52,499 nt of DNA from a virus (IMGVR_UViG_3300001528_000174:128001-180499), one strand, 5' to 3'. Positions 11,278 through 21,178 are shown, numbered from the stretch's first letter. The notes: a model not told the origin generated them from the sequence alone. Translations and numbers: made by a program.

Positions 11278-11789
11278 AGTTCTAAAAAGTCTCTAACATC
11301 AATATAATCTATACCAAAATTCTCAGCACACTTTTTATCAGAGTCTGAAAAATCCTCAGGTTTACCAGAAGCATCCCCTATCATAATACAGTCTTCCTTG
11401 AATCCTATACCATAATCATTAAATAACTCTTCTAACATTCCTGTATTAGGTTTTCTACTAGAATTAGCTTTATCTAATGCAGTGCAATAGTTACTATCAG
11501 AGCAGTAATATGTATCTATTCTATCACGAAAATACATATCACAAAAGTGTTCTATAGAGAACAGCTTTGTCTGAAAATCATTTTCAGTTGTAAATTTACC
11601 AATACCTCCTTGATTAGTCACAATAAAAAAGTGTTTCAAATTAGGTAATTTCTCTACAATTTTATCTAATACAGGTAATTGTATTCTAAAATCTGTAATA
11701 TCTTCTGGAAATGTTTTACCAGAAATAGTTTTAATTAGAGTGCCATCCAAATCAATGAACAGCACTCTCTTATTATCAAAATTTATCAC
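11274..11789 (-). CDS. HAD-IIIA phosphatase (polynucleotide 3'-phosphatase/GmhB-like)
   Basis: DLDGTLI, VTNQGGI, RKPNTGM and MIGDASG...SDSD motifs. Confidence 0.9.
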   Translation of the reverse strand: MINFDNKRVLFIDLDGTLIKTISGKTFPEDITDFRIQLPVLDKIVEKLPNLKHFFIVTNQGGIGKFTTENDFQTKLFSIEHFCDMYFRDRIDTYYCSDSNYCTALDKANSSRKPNTGMLEELFNDYGIGFKEDCIMIGDASGKPEDFSDSDKKCAENFGIDYIDVRDFLEL

Positions 11790-12001
11790 GCCAAAATACT
11801 TTTAAGACCTGTAATAAACTTATTAGCTTGCTCTTTTGTTTCTTCAATACTCTTAATTTCGTCTTGAAGTTCTTTAATAGTAGTTTCTTTATCTTGAATT
11901 TTAGAGTTCATATTTTCAATCAAAGATAATGTTTTATCATGTGCAGATTGAAATGCTGACTTAATACTAGAAAGTTGGTCTGTAAAAGACTTATTAAACA
12001 T
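11786..12001 (-). CDS. Coiled-coil protein
   Basis: 71 aa with a heptad pattern. Confidence 0.6.
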   Translation of the reverse strand: MFNKSFTDQLSSIKSAFQSAHDKTLSLIENMNSKIQDKETTIKELQDEIKSIEETKEQANKFITGLKSILA

Positions 12002-12176
12002 ATTAATTAATTTATGTAAATATTAAATTTTTATCTAAGGAATTGTATAAACAACTCCATCTAATATAATCATAGCTATAAACCATATTATGGTCGCAGT
12101 TATGATTTCATCTTTAGAAGCTTTAATAACTATTAAACATATTAATATTATAGCATATAAAGCCATGGCAACAATA

Positions 12177-12800
12177 TTAATTATTAGAAGCTCTTGTAGT
12201 ATTATCATCATAATATAAAACTGTTGGATTATCTTTATGAATGTCTAATGAATCTAATTTAATTATTGCTAATTTTTGTTTAAATTGTTCTAGATCAAAA
12301 CCTAGAGTAATTACATGAATACCGTTTACTGTAGGAATATAATATAATATTTTATCCTTATCAGGTCTACATTCTCTTACTACATCTAAATATTTATTTA
12401 TTATACTCCAATCTTTAGTATCAAAATCTAAAATCCATTTAGAAGTATAATTAGAGTTTCTTCTTTGACCTATAGCTTTAGATATACACTTAAATAATTT
12501 CTTAGAGTTACACTCAATAGCTTCTGTAGCTTCTCTAATTATTTCAAACTGTACTTGCTTACAATTTCTAGGATTTACCCAAAAATAAGCCCGGGCATTA
12601 AAAGCTTTACATAGAGTAGCTATTTCTAATTTCTTTTTTAAGAATGTTTCTTTATCAAAGAAGTGATAATCTTTAATTACGTTATTATTACTTCCAATAT
12701 TACATTCTTTTTTACGTTGTATTACTTGTACAAAATAAAAATCTCCCTGATCGGAGAGATTATCGAACCAGGGAGCTAATATATTAAAATTATCAATCAT
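12177..12800 (-). CDS. Putative AEP/prim-pol-fold protein
   Basis: hhhDxD (WILDFD) followed by T-x-NG-x-H (PTVNGIH), resembling AEP motifs I and II. Confidence 0.45.
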   Translation of the reverse strand: MIDNFNILAPWFDNLSDQGDFYFVQVIQRKKECNIGSNNNVIKDYHFFDKETFLKKKLEIATLCKAFNARAYFWVNPRNCKQVQFEIIREATEAIECNSKKLFKCISKAIGQRRNSNYTSKWILDFDTKDWSIINKYLDVVRECRPDKDKILYYIPTVNGIHVITLGFDLEQFKQKLAIIKLDSLDIHKDNPTVLYYDDNTTRASNN

Positions 12801-13006
12801 TCCTCGTCTATTTCAATAGTATCAACATACCATCCTTTATTTGTTAAATACCTTCTAATATCCTCAGTTGCTGAATCTATATCAGAAGTATTTATAATTT
12901 TATCCATTACTACACAAACTGTATAGTCTCTAGATGGAGCATCTGAATTAAGTTCTTCTAAAAGCTTTTCTTCAGATTGCATTAACGTTGGTGAATTACT
13001 AGCCAT
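12797..13006 (-). CDS. Hypothetical acidic protein
   Basis: 69-aa coupled ORF. Confidence 0.55.
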   Translation of the reverse strand: MASNSPTLMQSEEKLLEELNSDAPSRDYTVCVVMDKIINTSDIDSATEDIRRYLTNKGWYVDTIEIDEE

Positions 13007-13008
13007 AA

Positions 13009-13152
13009 TTAAAATTTCTCAATATATTCTGCATCGGGAAATTGACTATAAACATCATCCCAAGCAGCATCTACTTCCATTTCATCATCTTCGTCATAAC
13101 GATTAGAATACTGGGTTCTAGAACCATCTTTATTAAATATAATAAATGTCAT
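13009..13152 (-). CDS. Small acidic protein (47 aa; not in ORF track)
   Basis: MTFIIFNKDGSRTQYSNRYDEDDEMEVDAAWDDVYSQFPDAEYIEKF; fills the gap with an ATGA overlap. Confidence 0.6.
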   Translation of the reverse strand: MTFIIFNKDGSRTQYSNRYDEDDEMEVDAAWDDVYSQFPDAEYIEKF

Positions 13153-13388
13153 ATTTCTACTGTGTATTTATCAATATATTCTCCGCAAGTTTCACATTGA
13201 CCTAAATCTTCATACTCGCCCATTTCAGTACAAGCATTCTCTATAAATCTTTGTAAAACTCCTTCGGAAACTTTATCTACTAATTTATGACAGATTTCTT
13301 TCTGTCTATCATAGTTTATATCAACAAATTCTTCTCCGTCAATATCTAAAGAGTAATGCCCGTCAATAAAAGTTATTTGCATGCCCAA
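13149..13388 (-). CDS. Small protein with C-terminal CxxC
   Basis: 79 aa; CETCGE. Confidence 0.6.
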   Translation of the reverse strand: MGMQITFIDGHYSLDIDGEEFVDINYDRQKEICHKLVDKVSEGVLQRFIENACTEMGEYEDLGQCETCGEYIDKYTVEI

Positions 13389-13741
13389 TCACTTAGCATA
13401 TCAATACCCCAGTTACTTATGACTTTTTCGTCTATTTTTTCGGCGAACATATCAATACCTTCTCTTTGAGAATCATACCAATCATCATATTGTTCATCTT
13501 CAGATTCTTCTAAAGTATCGTCATATTCAAAGTCATCTCCAAGATAACTATAAGCATCAACACATTCATCTACTAGTTCACTCCACTCATCCTGAGACAT
13601 ATGTTCTATAGGATTTTCATCACTTTGTACAACTCTATAAATAGCTGCTGTACAAGCTACTGGGTATTGAGTAATTATTAACCACCAATTTCTGTCTTTT
13701 AATACTTGTTCTTCAGTTAATATCATAATTAATGAATCCAA
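13373..13741 (-). CDS. Very acidic hypothetical protein
   Basis: 122 aa, D/E-rich. Confidence 0.6.
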   Translation of the reverse strand: MDSLIMILTEEQVLKDRNWWLIITQYPVACTAAIYRVVQSDENPIEHMSQDEWSELVDECVDAYSYLGDDFEYDDTLEESEDEQYDDWYDSQREGIDMFAEKIDEKVISNWGIDMLSDWACK

Positions 13742-16700
13742 TAATTAGGTAATGTTCCATCTTTACATCTAGAAATATCTGCATCTAGTTTACATCTTGT
13801 ACAGAATATCTCTCCAGCCCTAACCATAATAGCATGAAGTCTAGTAGCTACTTCTTCAGCTATTTCTGTAGGAGCTTCACAATTAATTTCGTCATACGGC
13901 GTAACTGTGATTAAAACCTTATTAAAAAGATTATTTTCTAATATCCATTTAAAGAAATAAATCATACTAACCTTATAACATAAAGCTCCAGTATGTTGTA
14001 TTCTATAATTTATACTATTCCTTTCACACTCACCCTTCTTTTTAAAGAAATCTCTAACTTCTTGTACAGTTTCACAGTTAGGAGCTTCTTTTTTCATTTC
14101 CCGATAATACTTCCAAAATTCTTTATCTTTCATTTTTTCTTGCATCATACGTAAAGATTCAAAATCATATATATGAGCACGATACTTACTTATTGGGTTT
14201 AGAAGTATATACCCTTTTTCCATTACTATTTTTCTACAATATTCTTGGTATTTAGCTAAACCTGAGAAACCTGACATATAATTATCATAGATTTTCTTAG
14301 CTTCCTCTATAGAAATACCTTTATTTTGATGAATAGTGTTAAAATCTCCTCCATAATTGATCGCGATATAGGCTAACAGCAATAACCTATGGACTATATC
14401 TTCATCATTTAGATGTGCGGTACTCATAGCTGGTAATTAAGAGGACTAAACCTCTCCAGTAGTCTCTGCACCTTTAGAAAGTGTACTTTCTACTTGGCTC
14501 ATGATTGGCTCGGTCTTAGCTTTCCATGAATTCTCCGCATTTGCATAAGAGAGTTTCCAACTCTTAGGAGCTCGCTTAAAATATAAACCCTTATAAGCCT
14601 TACCATCTTTAATATGGTTAGCAATTTTAGAAGGGTCTAATGACCCGGTTCCATTTTTACGTAATTTCATTGGTAAATTATTAAACTCAGATTTACTATA
14701 TCCCACTAAATCTGAACTACACCAAAAAGTATTTAACCATTTGTGATTTCTATCATAGACCAATACATAATCTGCTCTATCTTTAGTTAGTTGTGAGTTT
14801 TTAATATGAACTTCTTTCATAGCCGCCGATACTCCATTTTTCTTTGGAGCGTGCATTTTTTTTTAGTTTGCTCTTCAGTCATTTTGATACCTTTGTTCCA
14901 AGGAATGCTTCCTTTAGCTTTACCTCTACTTTCAGCATACTTTTGCTTATATAAACTAAATTCTTCTGGAGTCATAGATTCTTTTAGTTCTTTCCACAAT
15001 CTTTTATGAGTTTCAGAACTTTTCATTTTAGAAGAGGTATTTAACATAGGAGACCTGCTAGGGGTAGGATTTTCATTATATCCATTATTATATGCATCAT
15101 ATTTTTCAATATAATATGCTTCTTTATCTAGTAAAATCTCTTCTTTTTCTACTATTTCCAAAATTTCTGCTACGAATTCATCAGTGCCATATTTATTAAA
15201 AGCATTTTGCATCTCATGACTATGATGGTTATTGGTATTTAATTTACTCAAATGCTGCTTCCATCTTGATCTGAAAGATTTCCATGTACTTCCTACATAG
15301 GACTTTCCATTTTCTAAGCAGAATATTCTATAAATTCCTTTTTTACGAATATCCTCTAGTGTTCTTGTGTTATTCTAACTTTCATAATTATATATTTATA
15401 TAAATATAGTTAGAATTAGGCAATTACCAAACTCAAAAAATGTTAAAAAAGATGAATTTATATTTACTCAATTCCTTTAGCTTCTTGACGGAGGTGATGA
15501 TACTTTTCCTTAATATCAGTAATCTTGGTATCTCTAGGTATTTGGTCAGGGTAGCTCATATAGGCAGTTAGAGCATGTAAATCTCCACTTCCTTCCATTA
15601 ACTCATGTATAAGAGCTTTATCATTAGAAATTGAAGCCATAATATATGATTCTTGTCCCGAATAATCAATGGAAATCCAAGAATTACCTTTTTCAGCTAT
15701 AAAACAACTTCTAGTTTCAGCATCTGCTGGAAGATTAAGAAAATTTACGTATTCTACTTTAGCACTTTTATCTTTTCCACCACTAGAAATTCTGGCAGTA
15801 TTAGTTCCTAATTGATTAAATTTAGTATATATTCTACCTGTTTCAGAATTTATTTGGTCAAGCCAGTTTTGCCCATAAGTAGAACATACTTTTTGTGCTT
15901 CTTTATAGTCAAGATATATTGGAAGAATAGGAAAATCTTTAGCTTGTGGTTCTAGAAGTTTAGCATCTACAGAATCTTTTAATTGTTTAGTTTTTTTATC
16001 AACTACTTTAGTATTAATACCGATAGCTTTGAATAAAGGAATTACTTGAGGAGCACTATTCCAATTTATGGTACACTGAGGGTCAGTATTATATCCACTA
16101 AATAAATCTCCTTGTAAATCTACCATAGTGAATCGTTTATCATCTCCATAATTTTCAACTACCCAAGTATTTAAATTCTGTAATGCAGGTTCTAGACGTT
16201 GTTTGTCTTTGACCATTTTAGCTTTCCATTTTTCAACGTCTAATTTAATTCCACACCATTCCATATAAGCTAGTGGTATAACAAACCTATTTTCTAGTTG
16301 GACTGCCTTTACTAAATCTTCTTTTTCCAAAGTTTTTATTTGAGCATTCATTAAATCTTCCAAATCTGGAACATCGTTAGCTGCATAAATTATAACTTCT
16401 TCAGTTAAACCTACCTTAGTAATTTTTCCCCGAACAGTCTTATCCATATATTTATTTAGATATTTTTGTTCAAGAGTTTTTAAGTCAGCATGATAAGTTC
16501 CCCTAGGATAACCTAAATACAAAATTTGCTCTCCCAACATAACATCATATACTTTTACTAATATAATATTATGTTTAAAGAAAAACTGTATATCAAATTT
16601 AGCATTAGCCAGAATATATAAAACATTGGGGTCTTCTAATATTTCTTTATATTCTTTTATATCTATAGTAGTGCAATCAATAACAACTTGATTCTCCTTA

Positions 16701-16876
16701 TTACCTATCTGAACAGTTAATAATGCTTTAGTATGAGGATTTAATCCCATAGTCTCAGTATCTAATCCTCTAATATTTCCCATAGAATCTATAATTTCTT
16801 TACTTTTTTCTATAGAAATACATTCATATTTAGAGGATTTAAATAATGCTTTAGTTCCTGTTACTAAATAAATCAT
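13729..16876 (-). CDS. polA: Family A DNA polymerase, spliced: exon 1 16876-15466, exon 2 14366-13729 (682 aa)
   Basis: 3'-5' exonuclease motifs DTET, NAKFD, YAAND; motif A IDYSGQE; splicing restores motif B RQEAKGIE-F-AINYG; NYRIQ; motif C variant PYDE. Confidence 0.92.
14446..15385 (-). pseudogene. Intron-encoded GIY-YIG homing endonuclease, frameshifted twice
   Basis: KKGIYRIFCLENGKSYVGST...RSRWKQH...E...GYN. ATG 15385 is out of frame with the GIY-YVG frame; a second shift at an A9 run (about 14846-14854) splits ORFs 14817-15251 and 14446-14856. Confidence 0.8.
15401..15431 (-). promoter_or_regulatory. Bacteroidota-type promoter-like site for the intron endonuclease
   Basis: TTTG-N19-TATATTTA, close to the Bacteroides TTTG-N19/21-TAnnTTTG consensus, 15 nt upstream of the ATG. 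Confidence 0.5.
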
Positions 16877-17700
16877 TAAATGCTTTTAAGGATTTTTTTC
16901 TTTCTAAGTTTTTTGATTGCATCTTTCCTAATTTGTCGGATACGCTCTGGAGTACATCCAAATAAAGGAGATATAAGTTCAGGAGTATATTCTTGCCCTG
17001 TAAAACCATAACACAAAATAATTATATCATGTTCTTTATTAGATAAACCATTTAAAACTTTATTTATAATTTTAGATTTAAATGATTGTTCTATATTATT
17101 ATCTGCTAAAGGACTATTATCATTTTTAACGACATCTACTAATGTAGAATCTCCATCATCTTCACTACTGCCCAATGGAGTATCTAGTGACATACATATT
17201 TTACGTGCATTTAACGCTCCATTAATTTGCTTCATAGTTTTACCAGTAGCAGCTTCTAATTCTTCATCTGAGGGAGGTCTATCTTCAGTTTGCCAATATT
17301 TATTTATAACTTTAGTAGCACTATTGCAAGTAAGTTTTTGACTTACAGGTACTCTTACTGTATCAGCTTTATAATGAATAGCTCTACGAATAGCTTCACT
17401 GATATGCCATACCGCATAAGTTATAAATTTAACATTGTATTCGCTTTTATATAAATGGCTAGCATGAATAAGTCCTATATTTCCTTCCGCAATAAGGTCA
17501 GATAGTGGAAGTCCTCTATTTTGAAATTTTTTAGCTACCGTTACTACAAACTTTAAGTTAGCATCTACTAATTTTTCCCAATCCCCTTTATCTGCGTACT
17601 CTTTTTCTTCTTCCAAAGATAATGGTGTAGAATAAGTAATATTATTTAAATAAGTTTGTAGAGCTTCACTATCATCAGTAATTAAATTATACCCAGCCAT
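16876..17700 (-). CDS. RpoD/RpoS-family sigma-70 factor (regions 1.2-4)
   Basis: ANLKFVVTVAKKF, DLIAEGNIGL, KFITYAVWHI, VRVP, SLDTP, and region 4 TPERIRQI...AIKKLR. Confidence 0.93.
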   Translation of the reverse strand: MAGYNLITDDSEALQTYLNNITYSTPLSLEEEKEYADKGDWEKLVDANLKFVVTVAKKFQNRGLPLSDLIAEGNIGLIHASHLYKSEYNVKFITYAVWHISEAIRRAIHYKADTVRVPVSQKLTCNSATKVINKYWQTEDRPPSDEELEAATGKTMKQINGALNARKICMSLDTPLGSSEDDGDSTLVDVVKNDNSPLADNNIEQSFKSKIINKVLNGLSNKEHDIIILCYGFTGQEYTPELISPLFGCTPERIRQIRKDAIKKLRKKKILKSI

Positions 17701-18043
17701 CAGTAGTCCACTCTTTAATTATAACACCTTCTTTATATACTCTATGTAATGTTACAATATAATTATTAAGTTCTTCTTCATCTACATCGAAGAAATCTTC
17801 ATCAAGTAAATCTTCATAAAATTCTCCCTGATACATATAACAATTAATTGTAACCTCTCCATCCCAAGGTTTATAATTTAAGTCAGAATAATCTAATACA
17901 TCAAATAAAGTATCATCAGTATTCATATATTCTGTAACATATATTGGGTCATAAGGATATAAATCACGTAATTGTTCAATTGTAGTTGATATTTGCTCTA
18001 CATGAGACCCTTGAGTAGTCTCCCCAATAACAAAATAAATCAT
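17687..18043 (-). CDS. Acidic hypothetical protein
   Basis: 118-aa coupled ORF. Confidence 0.6.
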   Translation of the reverse strand: MIYFVIGETTQGSHVEQISTTIEQLRDLYPYDPIYVTEYMNTDDTLFDVLDYSDLNYKPWDGEVTINCYMYQGEFYEDLLDEDFFDVDEEELNNYIVTLHRVYKEGVIIKEWTTDGWV

Positions 18044-18381
18044 TCGTCTTCTTTTATTAAATTTTGGTCAAATTTTATATTATCTATGGATATTACTTCT
18101 GTACAAAAAGAGCATTTATCTAGGATTGCTTGTGCAATGCAGTTACTAAGTTTAGTGACTACTTCATTCATCTCCCTTTTTGAAAAATCTTTTTTGTTAG
18201 CCCTAATACTATGAGGAATGGTGGGCTGAAGACCAGATTGTTTGACCTTAATGGTTGCTTCATAAGAAACAGTATAATCTTTAATAGGGGAAACGTATTT
18301 AATTTTAGGTTTCTTCTCTATTAATACTGGAGGTACTATTATCTTTTTCCTAGGCATATTCCTTAGTATTATTATATTCAC
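18040..18381 (-). CDS. Hypothetical protein (true start probably MPRKK at about 18357)
   Basis: ORF track; ATG overlaps the stop of the spliced peptidase. Confidence 0.6.
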   Translation of the reverse strand: MNIIILRNMPRKKIIVPPVLIEKKPKIKYVSPIKDYTVSYEATIKVKQSGLQPTIPHSIRANKKDFSKREMNEVVTKLSNCIAQAILDKCSFCTEVISIDNIKFDQNLIKEDE

Positions 18382-19949
18382 ACATTAGCATTGCAAAAGT
18401 ACTAGCAAGTGACTCATCAGTTCCAGTATTCCACAAATAGTTAAAGGCGTGCATACATTATTACTTTATATTTCTATAAAGATTAGACTATCCCTTCACC
18501 CATAATTTGGGGACTTATTATAGTCGTTGAATATCTCTCTTTTATATATTTTTCAAATTTATCACGTTTTCGATGTAACCATACAGTGGCATCTTTATAC
18601 ATATAATTATATAATCTAATAGAATCTTTTACACTAAACACCAATACCCATAAATTAGAATCTTTTCTTTTTTGTATAGTTTTGGTATGACAAGGTAATT
18701 TATTAGCAAGTTGTACCATAAATTGCTCTGAACCCGTGCAGAAACTACTTCTTAACGTATAATAGTTATTATTGCTAGCATTTTTATAAATACCTACAGA
18801 TCCATCACCATCGAAATATCCTCTAATAAAATGTGGAATTAAATTTTCTGAAATATTTGGAAAAGTTATTACTTTAGTTTTATTAGGAATACATCCTAAA
18901 GTATTTAAATCATCATGTAAGGTATCATCTCCTACAGTTAAACAATAGATATCCTTATTATATTTTTTATGAGTTTCTATATGATAAGTACCAGAGTAAT
19001 TTATTGCCGATATAAAAATACTTAACCAATCCTTATCAATAGTATTAAATCGTATTTGTTTACATTCTCCTTCTTTTGTAATATTACCATCGGCAAAAAA
19101 TACTCCTAACCAATAGGCTTTCTCTTCAGTATCTATTATTGAAAAATAATTACTATTTACTGTATATTTTCTAGGTACTCCCATGGAACGTATATGCTCT
19201 CCTAAAATAGCTCTAATAGTTGTTGATGAAGAATGATATATGTTTACTATTTGACGTACTGATTTATTTTGATTCACATATAAATCTATTATTTCTTCTT
19301 TTTTACTATAAATATCAGGCAACTTACCTTTTCTAACTTTTAGTGGAATATTATATTCTACTAGTATCTTCTTTATATTATAAGTACTTATATCTGTTAT
19401 ACTACTAATCTTACTATATGATAGATTTTCTTTAGTAAATAAATCTACTACCTGTTGTTTTTGTCCATTTGATAAATTTGATATTGAATTTTTCATAAAA
19501 ATTTTAATTATTCACTTTATGAATAATAATCATTTATAAAAAATTCGCAAGAGATTTTACTGCGGATTAACCAATTTTAACACTTGTTACTATACCTAAA
19601 ATAGCTACTTTTAGCCATTAACAAATCACTTTATTAATTTAGTATGTTAAACTCTAAGGCAGTCCCCGCAAATTAAAGTATTTTATAATCGTATTACTAC
19701 GAAAAGAGCCTATGCTAAATTAAGCTCATGCCAATATGTGTTAAGTATACACTCCCTTGATAATAACTTACCATTATCTTTATGTATTCTGATTCTAATG
19801 AGCAATTCCTCATAATCAAATTGTCCATATAAGGATTCATCTCCGTCGTATAATTCTTTATACAACTGCACTTTGAAGGTATGACCTCCGATAGTAAAGG
19901 TCTTCGGAAGGTATGAGAGTTTTTCATCAGTTAGCTTGTCTTCCATCAT
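18350..19949 (-). CDS. Small zincin-like HExxH metallopeptidase, spliced: exon 1 19949-19723, exon 2 18455-18350 (110 aa)
   Basis: Exon 1 ends NTYWHE-CT; exon 2 begins T-ATG-CAC, giving NTYWHELMHAFNYLWNTGTDESLASTFA (HExxH plus downstream E). Confidence 0.88.
18456..19722 (-). mobile_element. Group I intron carrying a LAGLIDADG endonuclease
   Basis: 5' exon GAGCU pairs IGS GGCUC (U-G at the splice site); adjacent GCAUA pairs the 3' exon UAUGC; terminal G at 18456. Core AAUUUGCGGGGA, UAAUCCGCAG, UUCAACGACUA, GAUAGUCUAA. Confidence 0.92.
18483..19496 (-). CDS. Intron-encoded double-motif LAGLIDADG homing endonuclease with N-terminal HTH repeats
   Basis: AYWLGVFFADGNI and HFIRGYFDGDGSV motifs; two HTH-like repeats (DLFTKENLSYSKIS; DLYVNQNKSVRQIV); the C-terminus runs into the intron core. 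Confidence 0.9.
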   Translation of the reverse strand: MKNSISNLSNGQKQQVVDLFTKENLSYSKISSITDISTYNIKKILVEYNIPLKVRKGKLPDIYSKKEEIIDLYVNQNKSVRQIVNIYHSSSTTIRAILGEHIRSMGVPRKYTVNSNYFSIIDTEEKAYWLGVFFADGNITKEGECKQIRFNTIDKDWLSIFISAINYSGTYHIETHKKYNKDIYCLTVGDDTLHDDLNTLGCIPNKTKVITFPNISENLIPHFIRGYFDGDGSVGIYKNASNNNYYTLRSSFCTGSEQFMVQLANKLPCHTKTIQKRKDSNLWVLVFSVKDSIRLYNYMYKDATVWLHRKRDKFEKYIKERYSTTIISPQIMGEGIV

Positions 19950-20181
19950 ATAACATTTCTAATCCTACGCAAGATTCATCATCTTCTGGAAATGGGATAA
20001 CACTACATATCCAATCTCCATCATCATCGTCATCATCCATGTAGTCATATTCCATATCACAGGCTCTATTATCTGCTTCCATTAAAAGATTCCTATCTTT
20101 ATCGCTTTCAGCATATGCTTCAAAATCGTCACATACTCCAGGATAATTAGGATGTTCAATATGAATTAAAAAATGTTTCAT
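19927..20181 (-). CDS. Acidic hypothetical protein
   Basis: 84 aa with a poly-D tract. Confidence 0.6.
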   Translation of the reverse strand: MKHFLIHIEHPNYPGVCDDFEAYAESDKDRNLLMEADNRACDMEYDYMDDDDDDGDWICSVIPFPEDDESCVGLEMLYDGRQAN

Positions 20182-20870
20182 TATATGTCTAGATATAAAG
20201 GTTCATAGACTTCCTGATAATTATTATTTAAAATAGATACGTTATATATTTCCGTATTATCTAGTTTTAAATATTTATCTTTACAAGTATGTAAATGCCC
20301 ACAAAATACATATCTAGGTTGAACTCTCTTAATAGCCTCCGCTAAAGATTGTCCTCCTGCATGAAGAGGTTCAGCATTCCATTGACTAGGAGGTAATAAA
20401 TCTAAATCTCCTAACATAGGAGTATCGTGAGTTAAAATTATATTAGTATCATCAGGAATATTTTCATAATAACCTTTTAACCAAGTTTCATTTTGCATAA
20501 ATGCCCAATTACCAAACTTATGACAATATGGAGAACCATATATCTTATAATGAGACCCTTCTTTATTTACATAATCATAGGTAAATCCTTCTAAATAAGT
20601 AAGTTTATAATCTGTTTGCATTTCAACAGCATGGGCAATAAAAGAAGCTCTTTCTAGAAGCTTATCATGATTACCTGCTATCATTAATACTTCATTACAA
20701 GGTAAATATTTAACCCAATTACTAAATTCATTTAAAAACCATAAAACTCCAGCAGAATGATTTGATTGTACATTCAGAGGAACAATATCTCCAGCTATTA
20801 ATACCAAATCACAAGGCTGAATGTTAGGTAGATGCCCGTGTAAATCACTTAAAGCACAAATTTTAATCAT
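20181..20870 (-). CDS. Calcineurin-like metallophosphoesterase
   Basis: SDLHG, AGD, AGNHD, THDTP and GHLH motifs. Confidence 0.9.
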   Translation of the reverse strand: MIKICALSDLHGHLPNIQPCDLVLIAGDIVPLNVQSNHSAGVLWFLNEFSNWVKYLPCNEVLMIAGNHDKLLERASFIAHAVEMQTDYKLTYLEGFTYDYVNKEGSHYKIYGSPYCHKFGNWAFMQNETWLKGYYENIPDDTNIILTHDTPMLGDLDLLPPSQWNAEPLHAGGQSLAEAIKRVQPRYVFCGHLHTCKDKYLKLDNTEIYNVSILNNNYQEVYEPLYLDI

Positions 20871-21178
20871 AAAGTTTTTATTGTTTCGTTATACAAATTA
20901 GTATCATCAATACTTAATATCTCAGAATTCAATTCTTTTATAATAGGATATAGTAAAACCCAATAATACTTAGTATCATTTATATCTATAAAAGCATTTA
21001 TCTGTTCACCATACTCAGGACAATTTAACGCAAACAAATCATAAATACTAGGAAATCTGGTTCTATCTGCTATATTCCAATCTCTTATAAGAGTTTTAGC
21101 TAATCTATATAGAGCTATATTAGCACATATATAATTTCTAAGTATATTTCCATTAGTTTTTCTTGTAATATAACTCAT
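20867..21178 (-). CDS. Hypothetical protein
   Basis: 103-aa coupled ORF. Confidence 0.6.
   Translation of the reverse strand: MSYITRKTNGNILRNYICANIALYRLAKTLIRDWNIADRTRFPSIYDLFALNCPEYGEQINAFIDINDTKYYWVLLYPIIKELNSEILSIDDTNLYNETIKTL

Larger units (their letters stand above)
14367..15465 (-). mobile_element. Group I intron in polA with a GIY-YIG homing endonuclease ORF in the P1 loop; predicted terminal nucleotide is A
   Basis: 5' exon ends in U (GAGU). IGS GCGAGCUC (14575-14568) pairs the 5' exon GAGU and the 3' exon UCGC. Core: P3 UGCGG/CCGCA, GAAUUCAUGGAAA / AAUCAUGAGC, R GCAGAGACUA, S GAAGAUAUAGUCC, P9 hairpin UAGGUUA...UAGCCUA. Confidence 0.9.

Noticed and set aside
19715-19927. Alternative-frame 70-aa ORF
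   Set aside because: Shadow of peptidase exon 1, whose frame is supported by the spliced HExxH motif.
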